In this document: positions 1 through 9,664 of the stretch, one piece after another
How the letters are laid out: every line of letters begins with the position of its first letter
How positions within the stretch are numbered: position 1 is the first letter of the stretch
Source of the DNA: Bacilli bacterium
GTDB taxonomy: Bacteria > Bacillota_I > Bacilli_A > RF39 > UBA660
DNA: 64,000 bases
Direction of reading: 5' to 3'
Assembly (NCBI GenBank): GCA_017460745.1
Contig: JAFUAL010000052.1
Coordinates: forward strand, 2,749-66,748
Program-made: the position numbers and the translations under genes
The notes under the pieces: model-generated
What the model was told of the DNA's origin: nothing
Database searches by the model: none
Seen by the model: only the letters and a program-made list of their open reading frames with translations

Positions 1-209
1 ATGGTAATATGTATACTGACACTATTGTTTTAAATTCAACTAATAGTAAAATTTTAAAAGATAATAATGGAAATCCAATAGTTATAAGTTTAGATGCAAG
101 AACTAAAATTGAAGAAAAAGAAATAGAAGCTATAACCGAAAATATTATAAAAGAATATAATATAGAGTTTAAAAGAAAAATTAAAAGTGATGAAACAATT
201 TCAGTTTAA
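1..209 (+). CDS. 3' end of an unidentified CDS entering from upstream of the window
   Basis: The frame is open from base 3 to the TAA at 207-209. The visible ~68 residues contain no motif I recognise. Confidence 0.3.
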   Translation, partial: GNMYTDTIVLNSTNSKILKDNNGNPIVISLDARTKIEEKEIEAITENIIKEYNIEFKRKIKSDETISV

Positions 210-307
210 TTATTTATAAAAATATGTTAAATTTTTAGCATATTTTTTATTTTAAGATATTGCTAAATTAGAGTAAATTTAGTAAAATACAAGCAAAGGT
301 GAATTGC

Positions 308-1624
308 ATGGACTTAGTATATAATTATTTAAAGAATGTTATAGATTTACAAAAAGAAGATAAAGTAGTTGTAGGGGTATCTGCTGGACCTGATTCTATG
401 TTTTTACTTTATGTTTTATATGAATTAAGAAAAGTTATTGGATTTACTATTATAGTTGCTCATATAAATCATAATGTAAGAGTTGAAAGTGCTGAGGAAG
501 AAGAGTTTTTAAAGGCATATTGCCAAGAACGTGATATAGATTTTTGTAGTATGAAAATAGAAGAATATGGTAAAGAGAATTTTCATGCTTATGCTAGAAA
601 TATAAGATATGATTTTTATCATGATTTAATTAAGAAATATAAAGCTAATTATTTAATGACGGCTCATCATGGAGATGACTTGGTGGAAACTATTTTAATG
701 AGGTTAACAAGGGGTTCTAACTTAAAAGGATATAAAGGAATATCAAGTGTTACGGAATTAGATGATTATAAGTTAGTTAGACCACTTCTTTATATGACTA
801 AAGATGAGATAAAAGAATTAGATGATAGTTTAGGTATTCCTTACCGAATAGATAAGAGTAATGTATCAGATAAATATACTAGAAATAGATATCGAAAGTA
901 TGTTCTTCCTTTTTTAAAAAGTGAAAATCAGGATGTTCATTTAAAGTTTTTAAAGTTTAGTAATTTATTAAGTGATGTTGATAATTATTTAGAAAAAGAA
1001 GTAGATAAAGTTTATAATGATATTTATGTTAATAATTGTATTAATATTAATAAATTTTTAGATATTGATGTATTAATCGAGAAAATGTTACTTGAAAGGG
1101 TATTAAAAGAAGTTTGTAATGATATTAGTAATATTACTGATAAGCATATAGAGATGATTTTAGAGTTAATTAGAGGTAATAAAACAGGAAGTAGTATAAA
1201 TTTACCAAGTAATATAAAATGTACTGTAGAATACAGTTATTTGAGGTTTAGTGAAGTAATTGAAGAAGAAGATTATAAATTTGAGTTAAAAGATGGGTTA
1301 GTACTTCCAAATGGTATGAAGTTTATTAAATTAGAAAGTAAAGAATCTGGAAATGATACTTTGCATTTAGATAGTTCTATGGTAAAATTACCATTGTATG
1401 TTAGAAATAAAAGAGATGGTGATTTTATAGAATTAAAAGGAACAAATGGTAAAAGAAAAGTAAGTGATGTTTTTATAGATTGTAAAGTTGAAAGAAGTAG
1501 AAGAAATAGTTATCCTGTTGTTGTTGATAGTGATGATAAAATTATTTGGATACCAAAGTTAAAAAAATCAAAATATGATGGTAAATTTAATGAATTATGT
1601 GATATAATAGTAAAATGTTTGTAA
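308..1624 (+). CDS. tilS: tRNA(Ile)-lysidine synthase
   Basis: PP-loop motif SAGPDS (VVVGVSAGPDSMFLL), AHHGDDLVETILMRL, and a TilS C-terminal domain (KRKVSDVFIDCKV...IIWIP). ATG 308 is preceded by AAAGGTGA. The ORF track offers GTG 299 as an alternative start. Confidence 0.9.
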   Translation: MDLVYNYLKNVIDLQKEDKVVVGVSAGPDSMFLLYVLYELRKVIGFTIIVAHINHNVRVESAEEEEFLKAYCQERDIDFCSMKIEEYGKENFHAYARNIRYDFYHDLIKKYKANYLMTAHHGDDLVETILMRLTRGSNLKGYKGISSVTELDDYKLVRPLLYMTKDEIKELDDSLGIPYRIDKSNVSDKYTRNRYRKYVLPFLKSENQDVHLKFLKFSNLLSDVDNYLEKEVDKVYNDIYVNNCININKFLDIDVLIEKMLLERVLKEVCNDISNITDKHIEMILELIRGNKTGSSINLPSNIKCTVEYSYLRFSEVIEEEDYKFELKDGLVLPNGMKFIKLESKESGNDTLHLDSSMVKLPLYVRNKRDGDFIELKGTNGKRKVSDVFIDCKVERSRRNSYPVVVDSDDKIIWIPKLKKSKYDGKFNELCDIIVKCL

Positions 1625-1635
1625 GGAGGATTTTT

Positions 1636-3627
1636 ATGAATAAAAAAGAGATTAAAAAAGGTTTAATACCATATTTAGCACTTATAGTAATAATGCTTGG
1701 TGTAATTTATTTATTTAACGTTTTGAATTTAGAAGTACATGATTTAACTTATGATAAATTTGTTAATGCTTTGAATAATAATGAAGTAGAAGAATTAACT
1801 ATTCTTCCAAGTCTTGATGGAGGAGTTTATACCATAACAGGTAAATTAAAAGATTATAAAGAAAAAGAAAGTTTTAAAGCAACAGTTCCTCTTAGTGAAG
1901 AAGTAATGAAACAAATAACTGATGCCAATGAGAAATATGATTTTTCTATTAAGACTGAAAGTGATCCAAATGGTAGTTTTTGGTTAATTGCTTTAGTTAA
2001 TTTCTTACCACTTATTATAATTGCAGGCTTTATGTTTTATATTTTGACTCGTCAAATAGGTGGAAATAATAAATCATTTGATTTTGGTAAAAGTCGTGCA
2101 AAACTTGATGATAGTCAAAAGAAAGTAACATTTAATGATGTTGCTGGTTTAAAAGAAGAAAAAGAAGAATTAAAAGAACTTATAGATTTCTTAAAAAATC
2201 CTAAAAAGTTTACAAAACTTGGAGCAAGAATTCCTAAAGGAGTATTATTAGTTGGTCCTCCTGGAACCGGTAAAACATTACTTGCAAGAGCAGTAGCCGG
2301 TGAAGCCAATGTACCATTTTATTATATAAGTGGGTCTGACTTTGTTGAGTTGTTTGTTGGAGTTGGAGCAAGTCGTGTTCGTGACATGTTCCGTCAAGCT
2401 AAACACAATGCACCATGTTTAATATTTATAGATGAAATAGATGCTGTTGGTCGTCAAAGAGGAACAGGTCTTGGTGGTGGACATGATGAAAGAGAACAAA
2501 CATTAAACCAATTATTAACCGAAATGGATGGATTTGGAGCAAATGAAGGTATTATTATAATTGCAGCAACTAACCGTGCTGATGTTCTTGACCCAGCGCT
2601 TCTTCGTCCAGGAAGATTCGATAGACAAGTAACAGTTAACTTACCAGATGTTAAAGCACGTGAAGAAATACTTGAAGTTCATGCAAGAAATAAGATTTTA
2701 GATAAGAATGTAACTTTAAATAATTTAGCTCGTCGTACACCAGGTTTTAGTGGTGCTGACCTTGAGAATTTACTTAATGAAGCAGCTTTACTTGCTGTAA
2801 GAAGAAATAAAGACCATATAACAATGAGTGAAGTAGATGAAGCAACTGACCGTGTTATGATGGGACCTGCTAAAAAGAGTAAGAAATATACTGATGAAGA
2901 AAAAAGACTTGTGGCTTTCCATGAAGCAGGACATGCTGTTATTGGACTTAAGTTAAGCTCTGCTAATGTTGTTCAAAAGGTAACTATTATTCCAAGAAGT
3001 TATGCTGGTGGATATAACATGATGGTGCCAAAACAAGAAAAATATACAGCAACTAAAACTGAATTATTAGAACAAATTACAGGACTTTTAGGTGGACGCG
3101 TATCTGAAGAATTAAACTTTGGTGAAATTACAACTGGAGCTCATAATGACTTTGAAAAAGCAACTAAGATAGCTCGTGCTATGGTTACAGAATATGGTAT
3201 GAGTGATTTAGGACCTGTTCAATTAGAACAACAATCTGAAAGTGTCTTTATTGGACGTGATTATAATAAGAGTAGGAATTTCTCTGATACGGTTGCTCAT
3301 GAAATAGATGAAGAAATGCGTAAGATTGTTGGAGAATGTTATAAGGATGCAACAAGAATTTTGAAAGAAAATGCTGACTTAGTAAAACTTATTGCTGAAG
3401 CATTACTTGAACGTGAAACTCTTACTAAAGAACAAATTGATTATTTAGTTGAACATAAAGAGTTACCAGTAGAGGAAGAAGAAATGAATTTCTCTGATAT
3501 GTCACTTGAAGACTTAAAAGAACTTGCTAAAAGTAAAGATATAAAGGGATATTCTAAATTATCTAAAGAAGATTTAATTCGTTTACTTGAAGCAAATGAT
3601 GTAGAAGTAGAAAAAGAAGAGGAATAA
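1636..3627 (+). CDS. ftsH: ATP-dependent zinc metalloprotease FtsH, with an extra C-terminal Rho_N/SAP-like tail
   Basis: Two N-terminal TM segments, Walker A GPPGTGKT, Walker [10 protein letters not shown], and zinc site HEAGHA. RBS AAGGAGGA at 1623-1630 precedes ATG 1636. Confidence 0.97.
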   Translation: MNKKEIKKGLIPYLALIVIMLGVIYLFNVLNLEVHDLTYDKFVNALNNNEVEELTILPSLDGGVYTITGKLKDYKEKESFKATVPLSEEVMKQITDANEKYDFSIKTESDPNGSFWLIALVNFLPLIIIAGFMFYILTRQIGGNNKSFDFGKSRAKLDDSQKKVTFNDVAGLKEEKEELKELIDFLKNPKKFTKLGARIPKGVLLVGPPGTGKTLLARAVAGEANVPFYYISGSDFVELFVGVGASRVRDMFRQAKHNAPCLIFIDEIDAVGRQRGTGLGGGHDEREQTLNQLLTEMDGFGANEGIIIIAATNRADVLDPALLRPGRFDRQVTVNLPDVKAREEILEVHARNKILDKNVTLNNLARRTPGFSGADLENLLNEAALLAVRRNKDHITMSEVDEATDRVMMGPAKKSKKYTDEEKRLVAFHEAGHAVIGLKLSSANVVQKVTIIPRSYAGGYNMMVPKQEKYTATKTELLEQITGLLGGRVSEELNFGEITTGAHNDFEKATKIARAMVTEYGMSDLGPVQLEQQSESVFIGRDYNKSRNFSDTVAHEIDEEMRKIVGECYKDATRILKENADLVKLIAEALLERETLTKEQIDYLVEHKELPVEEEEMNFSDMSLEDLKELAKSKDIKGYSKLSKEDLIRLLEANDVEVEKEEE

Positions 3628-3646
3628 TCCTTTTCTTTTTTTGACA
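3611..3646 (+). terminator. Rho-independent terminator of ftsH
   Basis: A 13-bp stem (AAAAAGAAGAGGA / TCCTTTTCTTTTT, one mismatch) with loop ATAA, running into a T tract. Confidence 0.6.
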
Positions 3647-5059
3647 TTCTTAAACATTAAGGGTTGCTGATGTAAAAATCAGTAACTCTTTTTTGTATAA
3701 AAAAAGACATCGCAACAAAAACCTGTTACAATGTTATTGGAAAAAATAAAGTAAAGGGTGTTGTCGATGTCTATAAATAATTGTATATTAAAATCACTAA
3801 ATATAAAAGAGAAAAATGTAAATTTTAAAGAAAATTTTATAGAAGAAAGAAAAATAAAAGGGAGAAGAAGCTTAGTTTATATGGGTTATTTAAAAAATAA
3901 CATTATAAAATGTCCTAAATGTAACAGTAATAATATAAAGAAAAATGGAACTAGGAAATCACTAATAAAAATACCAAAAGTATCTGAACTAAATAGCTAT
4001 TTAGAATTGGAAAAGCAAAGGTATTATTGTAAAGATTGTAAACATACTATAACTGCTAAAACTAATATAGTAAATTATAGATGTAGAATAAGTAATAATA
4101 CTAAAATGTCTCTCAATAATTATACAAGTAAAATAATAACTCATAAAGATATAGCATGGATTCATAATGTTAGTAATATAACTGTTCAAAGAGTAAATAA
4201 TAAAGTATATGATGGTAAAAAATTATATAAACATTATTTACCCGAGTGTATGTGTTTTGATGAATTTACATATAAAAAAAGAATAATGGCCTTTAATATA
4301 TGTGATGCTAAAAATGGTAAAACATTTGATTTAGTGGAAGATAGAAAATTAGAAAATTTAATTAAATATTTTAGATATTATACAAAAGAATGTAGAGAAA
4401 AAGTTAAATTCATTGTAATTGATATGTATACTCCATATATTAGTTTAATTAAAGAATGTTTTTCTAATGCTAAAATAATTATTGATCCATTTCATATAGT
4501 TCAATTAATAAGTAGAAGTCTAAACAAAACAAGAATTAAAATTATGAGAGAAAATAAAGATAATTATAGAAAATTTAAAAGATATTGGAAACTTATTTTA
4601 ACATCAAGATTTGATTTAGATTGTTCTCATTGGAAAAAGTATTTATGTTTTAAGAACTTAATGACAGAAGTTGATATAGTAGATTATTTATTAGATTTAA
4701 GCCCAGAATTAACAGCATCTTATAATTTATATCAAAATATTTTATATGCTATTCAAAGTAAAAATTATAATTTACTTGAAACTACTTTAAATCATAATTA
4801 TGGAAATATTTCTAGATATATGAAAACATCTGTTAATACTTTAAGAGTTTTTTTACCTTATATAAAAAATACTTTAGAAAATCCTTATAACAATGGTGTT
4901 ATGGAAAGAAATAATAATACTTGTAAACTTATTAAAAGAATTGCTTTTGGTTTTAGAAACTTTAGAAATTTTAAAGCTAGAATTTTAATTGCTACTAATT
5001 ATTTTCGTAAACTAAAAGAATTGCCAACTTCACAGTCAGCAACCCTTAATGTTTAAGAA
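3647..5059 (+). mobile_element. ISL3-family insertion sequence (about 1.4 kb)
   Basis: Perfect 24-bp terminal inverted repeats: TTCTTAAACATTAAGGGTTGCTGA at 3647-3670 and its reverse complement at 5036-5059. They enclose a single transposase gene. The flanking direct repeats are C(T/C)TTTTTTGACA at 3635-3646 and 5060-5071. Confidence 0.85.
3767..5056 (+). CDS. ISL3-family transposase
   Basis: N-terminal zinc-finger pairs (CPKCNS ... CKDCKH) and a DDE region with IIDPFHIVQLISRSLNKTRIK, typical of ISL3 transposases. The stop codon lies inside the right IR. ATG 3767 follows AAAGGG; the ORF track starts at GTG 3758. Confidence 0.9.
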   Translation: MSINNCILKSLNIKEKNVNFKENFIEERKIKGRRSLVYMGYLKNNIIKCPKCNSNNIKKNGTRKSLIKIPKVSELNSYLELEKQRYYCKDCKHTITAKTNIVNYRCRISNNTKMSLNNYTSKIITHKDIAWIHNVSNITVQRVNNKVYDGKKLYKHYLPECMCFDEFTYKKRIMAFNICDAKNGKTFDLVEDRKLENLIKYFRYYTKECREKVKFIVIDMYTPYISLIKECFSNAKIIIDPFHIVQLISRSLNKTRIKIMRENKDNYRKFKRYWKLILTSRFDLDCSHWKKYLCFKNLMTEVDIVDYLLDLSPELTASYNLYQNILYAIQSKNYNLLETTLNHNYGNISRYMKTSVNTLRVFLPYIKNTLENPYNNGVMERNNNTCKLIKRIAFGFRNFRNFKARILIATNYFRKLKELPTSQSATLNV

Positions 5060-5065
5060 CCTTTT

Positions 5066-5094
5066 TTGACATTCTTAAGTATTTATGTTAAAAT
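5066..5094 (+). promoter_or_regulatory. Sigma-A-type promoter for the downstream small gene
   Basis: TTGACA (5066-5071), a 17-nt spacer, then TAAAAT (5089-5094) with a TG extension at 5086-5087. The -35 box is part of the sequence duplicated at the IS insertion. Confidence 0.45.
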
Positions 5095-5119
5095 ACCTAG
5101 GAAATGAGGGGAGATAGGT

Positions 5120-5398
5120 ATGAATATAGATTTAAGAATATGCCAAATTAAAGAAAAAATTAGAAATAATAATATATCATTTGATTATTTTGTTAAATGT
5201 TTTGATGTCTTAAATAGTTTAATAAGTATAGAACATTATAAGGGTGCACTTTCTTTTGCTAATACTTTAAAAATGGCATCAGTTATGATAGAAAATCGAA
5301 GTGAAAGTCAAGAATATTTTAAATATTATAATGATTTATTAAAAACAATTTCAGAATTGGAAAATAAATTACAAGTTAAAAATGTTAAAATCAGATAG
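5120..5398 (+). CDS. hypothetical protein (92 aa)
   Basis: ORF with RBS GAGGGGAG upstream. No recognisable motif. Confidence 0.5.
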   Translation: MNIDLRICQIKEKIRNNNISFDYFVKCFDVLNSLISIEHYKGALSFANTLKMASVMIENRSESQEYFKYYNDLLKTISELENKLQVKNVKIR

Positions 5399-5463
5399 GA
5401 AAAGTTTAGACTTTTCTTTTTATTTTACTTTTGATATAATTTTTCTAGAAAGAATGGTGAAGT

Positions 5464-6942
5464 ATGAATTTTATTACCTATTTATTTAATGAAATAATAA
5501 CTTTTTTTGGTCATTTATATCCTGGTATTAGAGATATTAATAATATAATTGGTATTGTATTCTCCGCTTTAGTATATTATAAAGTCGTTTATTTTTTAGT
5601 TGGAATGTTTACAACTAGAAAGTTTAAGAAATCAACTAAAAATTATAAATATGGAATAGTAATAGCAGCCAGAAATGAAGAAATGGTAATTGGTAATTTA
5701 ATTGATAGTATTAAAAAACAAGATTATCCAAGTGATTTAATAACTATTTTTGTAGTTGCGGATAATTGTACAGATAAAACAGCTAGTATTGTACGAGAAA
5801 AGGGTTGTATTTGCTATGAAAGGTTTGATGATCTCCATAGAACTAAAGGTTATGCTTTAGAATATTTATTTGATAATATAGACAAAGATTATGGAATTAA
5901 AAGTTTTGATGGTTATTTTGTTTTTGATGCTGATAATTTATTAAAAACGGATTATATAAGTAGAATGAATGATGCATTTGCAGAGGGTGAAAAGATAATT
6001 ACGTCATATCGTCATTCTAAAAATTTTGATGAGAATTGGATTTCATCAACATATGCTATTCATTGGTTAAGATCTATTAGAACAGGACATAGAGCAAGAA
6101 GTGTATTTCATTTAGCAACTAATATTCAAGGAACTGGTTTTTTAATAGCAAGTGAAATAGTTGAAAATGGTTGGCATTATACATCTTTAACGGAAGATAG
6201 AGCATTGACGGTTGATTCAGTTGCAAGTGGTTATTCCATTACTTATCAAGATGAAGCTATTTTTTATGATGAGCAACCAACTAATTTAAAAATTGCATTG
6301 CGTCAAAGACTTCGTTGGTCCAAAGGCCATTTACTTGCTTTTATTGAAACTTCACCTAAACTGGTTCGAAATATTATTTTTGGTAGAAAGTATGCTAAAA
6401 ATAAGAAAAGTTATGAGTCTTTAAAATTAAATATTATAGATAGTATTAGATATAGATTTGCATCATTTGATATTTTAATGTTATCAATTCCATTTTCGGT
6501 TATTAATTTGGTAAGATGGATACTTGTATCAGTTCTTTTATATTCAAGTTATACATATTTAAATGGAATTATAGATTTTAATTTCTTTCATGGCAGTACG
6601 TATTTATCAAGATTTTTAAGAATGTTTTTTGATATTAAATTAAGTATACCAGCGGGTATTAAAGCTCTTTATATGGGATTAATACTTGCAATTTGGTCTC
6701 GTATATTTTATAGAATTGCTTCTTATTTTGAACATATATTTGAAGCTATATATGTATTTATAATTGAAAGAAAAAGAATTAAGAAGATGAGTTTTTGGAA
6801 GAAAGTATTATACTCATTTACTTGGCCAATTTTTGATATTATTGGTAGATATACAACATATGTTGCTGTATTTAAGAGGGTTGAATGGAAACCTATTCCT
6901 CATAATAGTAAAATTACAATTGATGATATAACAAAATCATAA
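5464..6942 (+). CDS. membrane-embedded processive family-2 glycosyltransferase (PNAG/cellulose/chitin-synthase-like)
   Basis: The D,D,D,QxxRW signature is visible: VVADNCTD, FVFDADNL, LTEDRAL (TED) and QRLRWSKGH. An N-terminal TM and several C-terminal TM helices are present. Confidence 0.85.
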   Translation: MNFITYLFNEIITFFGHLYPGIRDINNIIGIVFSALVYYKVVYFLVGMFTTRKFKKSTKNYKYGIVIAARNEEMVIGNLIDSIKKQDYPSDLITIFVVADNCTDKTASIVREKGCICYERFDDLHRTKGYALEYLFDNIDKDYGIKSFDGYFVFDADNLLKTDYISRMNDAFAEGEKIITSYRHSKNFDENWISSTYAIHWLRSIRTGHRARSVFHLATNIQGTGFLIASEIVENGWHYTSLTEDRALTVDSVASGYSITYQDEAIFYDEQPTNLKIALRQRLRWSKGHLLAFIETSPKLVRNIIFGRKYAKNKKSYESLKLNIIDSIRYRFASFDILMLSIPFSVINLVRWILVSVLLYSSYTYLNGIIDFNFFHGSTYLSRFLRMFFDIKLSIPAGIKALYMGLILAIWSRIFYRIASYFEHIFEAIYVFIIERKRIKKMSFWKKVLYSFTWPIFDIIGRYTTYVAVFKRVEWKPIPHNSKITIDDITKS

Positions 6943-7026
6943 TTTATGTCAAATAAAGTGTTAAATAGTAGAATTAAGAATTTGGATATGATAAGATTAT
7001 GTTGTACAGAAGTAACAAGGAGGATT

Positions 7027-7479
7027 ATGAAATTCTTAAAAATTAATGCTAAAGTACTATTGATTTTATGTTTATTTAGTGGAATTTTATTTTTAAGTAC
7101 AGGTTGTGGTGATAAAGATAAAGTTGAAGATAAGAAAGATACTGAAGAAGTAGATAAGAAAGATGAAACAAAGACAGATGATAAAACAACTACAACAACT
7201 GAAAATAAGGAATCTACAGAAAGTAAAACTACAACAGCAACTACAACTGAAAATACAAAAACAACAAGTGATACAACAGATTATTCAGTATGGGTAGCAA
7301 ATACAACTATTAACACTGATAAGAATCAAAAAAGTTATAAAGTTATTTGGGGAGATACATTATGGTTAATATCAACAGCTTGGGAAGTTCCTTATCAAGA
7401 AATTGCTAGATATAACAACATTCCAAATCCTGATTTAATTTATGTTGACCAAATAATTTACAACCCATTATTTAAATAA
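7027..7479 (+). CDS. LysM-domain lipoprotein with a Thr/Lys/Glu-rich linker
   Basis: Signal peptide with lipobox LSTGC after ATG 7027 (RBS AAGGAGGA). C-terminal LysM domain (YKVIWGDTLWLISTAWEVPYQEIARYNNIPNPDLIYVDQII). The ORF-track start at 6946 is probably too far upstream. Confidence 0.8.
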   Translation: MKFLKINAKVLLILCLFSGILFLSTGCGDKDKVEDKKDTEEVDKKDETKTDDKTTTTTENKESTESKTTTATTTENTKTTSDTTDYSVWVANTTINTDKNQKSYKVIWGDTLWLISTAWEVPYQEIARYNNIPNPDLIYVDQIIYNPLFK

Positions 7480-7492
7480 AATCAATAATCGC

Positions 7493-7522
7493 AAAAAGAA
7501 CTTTTAAAGTTCTTTTTATTTT
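7493..7522 (+). terminator. Rho-independent terminator
   Basis: AAAAAGAAC / GTTCTTTTT 9-bp stem with a 7-nt loop and a T-rich tail. Confidence 0.7.
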
Positions 7523-7753
7523 GTTTGAAAACACTTTTTATAACTTAAATTAAATTTGGTGTTAATTTGTGTAAAATTATTTAAAAGTTAATTTCTAGAA
7601 TTGAATAAGTTTTCTTTTTAATTATTTAAATTATCTAGTAGAATTTTTTGTTTTATAAAAAATTTGTTTGTAATTTTTAGTAGATAGGATTCAATTTATA
7701 AATTTGACTATATATAATTAGTTAATATATATTGGTCATGAAAGGAGGAGCTT

Positions 7754-8632
7754 ATGCAAATTCCCCAAATAAGAAATGATAACTTATTTCATGACTTAAT
7801 TAATCAAGATAATATGTCTATAATTGAATGGATAGTTATGATAATACTTGGATTATCATATGAAGAAGTTCATGGTAATTGTATTGTTAAAAATAGTCGA
7901 TTAACAAGAACTAGTAAAAATGATCGGAATAAATATGTTGATTTAATTATTGGATATTTAGAATATGAAATAATACTTGAATTAAATAATTTTTTTCTTG
8001 GTTCTTTAATACGAAATATAGTATATGGTATGACAAGAGTTGTTAATTTTTATCAAGTTAATATTAATAATAAAGAGAAGAAAGATTATTATAAGAAAAA
8101 AATTAAAGTAATTGTAATTAATTTAAATTGGTATCCTAAAGATAAAAAAATAAATTTACCAAAGAAAAGAATGGATAAGGTATTTGGCTTTGATGATATT
8201 AAAAAAGGAATATTTTTTAAAGTAATTAATGTAATACTTGACAAATATGCAAAAATTGCATACAATAAAATTGATACAAACGAGAAGTTCTATAAGTTAT
8301 TAACAATTAATAATTTAAAAGACTTAAAAGAATTTACACGCGATGAATTATTACTTACAGAATATGTTGATAAACTTATTAAATTATCAAAAGACAATAA
8401 ATATGAGGAGGATGTTATGACAGAGACAATGGAAGAAAATTTAAGAAATTTTGAATTATATAGTGCTTGTGAAGATATAGGATATGAAAAAGGTATAGTT
8501 CAAAAACAAAACGAATTAATAATGGAAATGTATCAAAATGGCTTATCTGCATCAGAAATAAAAAAATATACTAATATATCACTTAAAGTAATTAACAAAG
8601 TTATTTCAACTATACCTAAAAAAATACACTAG
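7754..8632 (+). CDS. PD-(D/E)XK nuclease family (Rpn-like) putative transposase/recombination nuclease
   Basis: The N-terminal pattern NDNLF...IEWIVMIILGL...KYVDLII...EIILELNN matches the D...E-x-(K/N) core. The layout parallels the gene at 58833-59783, including a C-terminal HTH-like tail (GLSASEIKKYTNISLKVINKVI). Confidence 0.6.
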   Translation: MQIPQIRNDNLFHDLINQDNMSIIEWIVMIILGLSYEEVHGNCIVKNSRLTRTSKNDRNKYVDLIIGYLEYEIILELNNFFLGSLIRNIVYGMTRVVNFYQVNINNKEKKDYYKKKIKVIVINLNWYPKDKKINLPKKRMDKVFGFDDIKKGIFFKVINVILDKYAKIAYNKIDTNEKFYKLLTINNLKDLKEFTRDELLLTEYVDKLIKLSKDNKYEEDVMTETMEENLRNFELYSACEDIGYEKGIVQKQNELIMEMYQNGLSASEIKKYTNISLKVINKVISTIPKKIH

Positions 8633-8680
8633 CAATAATTCAAATTATTTGATAATATATAAGTGAATTTTGGTGATATT

Positions 8681-9664
8681 ATGGTTAAAATTGGAGATAT
8701 AGAAATAAAGGGACAGACAGTCCTTGCACCTATGGCTGGTATTTGTAATAGTGCCTTTCGACGTATAATTAAAGAAATGGGATGTTCATTAATATATGCT
8801 GAAATGGTAAGTGATAAGGCTTTAGTTTATAATAATAAAAAGACTCAAGATATGCTCTATATGGAAGAGTTTGAAAGACCTATTGCTCAACAAATATTTG
8901 GAAGTGATAAAGAGTCCTTTATTACAGCAGCTAAATTTATAGAAAAATATATGCATCCAGATATTATTGATATTAATATGGGGTGTCCTGTTCCAAAGGT
9001 TGCAGTTAAAAGTCAAGCAGGAGCAGCATTACTTAAGGATTTAGATAAAATATATGATATTGTATCAAGTGTTGCTCGAACGGTGTCAGTTCCAGTTACA
9101 GTTAAAATTCGAAGTGGTTGGGATGAGAAATCTATAAATGCTGTTGAAGTTGCCAAAGTATGTGAGAAAGCCGGAGCAAAGGCTATTACAGTTCATCCAC
9201 GAACTAGAAGTCAAGGATACTCTGGAAAAGCCGATTGGAACATAATAAAAGAAGTAAAAGAAAACGTATCTATTCCTGTTATTGGAAATGGAGATATTAC
9301 AGATATTTATAAAGCTAAAGAAATGCTTGATACAACTAAATGTGATTTAATTATGATAGGACGAGGAGTACTTGGTAATCCTTGGTTAATTAAAGAAATA
9401 AATACTTACCTTGAAACAGGAGTTGTTTTACCACCTCCAACTAATATTGAAAAAATTGATATGTGTTTAAAACACTTAGATTATTTATCTAAAATTAAAT
9501 CTGAAAAATTAACTTGTCTTGAAATTAGAAGTCATATATCTTGGTATTTAAAGGGTATTCCTAATGCTAAGAGTGTAAAAGAAAAAATATATACCAAAGA
9601 TAAAATATGTGATATAATATCCGTATTAAATGAATTTAAGGAGGAATTAAATGAGACCGTTTAG
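8681..9664 (+). CDS. dusB: tRNA-dihydrouridine synthase
   Basis: VLAPMAGICNSAFR, DINMGCPVPKV (catalytic Cys), VKIRSGWD and AITVHPRTRSQ are Dus family hallmarks. ATG 8681 is preferred over GTG 8663. Confidence 0.9.
   Translation: MVKIGDIEIKGQTVLAPMAGICNSAFRRIIKEMGCSLIYAEMVSDKALVYNNKKTQDMLYMEEFERPIAQQIFGSDKESFITAAKFIEKYMHPDIIDINMGCPVPKVAVKSQAGAALLKDLDKIYDIVSSVARTVSVPVTVKIRSGWDEKSINAVEVAKVCEKAGAKAITVHPRTRSQGYSGKADWNIIKEVKENVSIPVIGNGDITDIYKAKEMLDTTKCDLIMIGRGVLGNPWLIKEINTYLETGVVLPPPTNIEKIDMCLKHLDYLSKIKSEKLTCLEIRSHISWYLKGIPNAKSVKEKIYTKDKICDIISVLNEFKEELNETV

Noticed and set aside
1625-1635. The absence of hpt between tilS and ftsH, and of yybS/gdpP between rpsR and rplI, considered as possible deletions of interest.
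   Set aside because: The junctions are clean, with overlapping or closely spaced genes and intact terminators and promoters. No remnants are visible. This is gene-order variation that cannot be interpreted from one window.
7523-7753. A long (~230 nt) AT-rich non-coding stretch upstream of the first Rpn-like gene, examined for an RNA gene, IS end or repeat.
   Set aside because: I found no stable helices, no conserved RNA motifs, no inverted repeats, and no similarity to the region upstream of the second Rpn-like gene.
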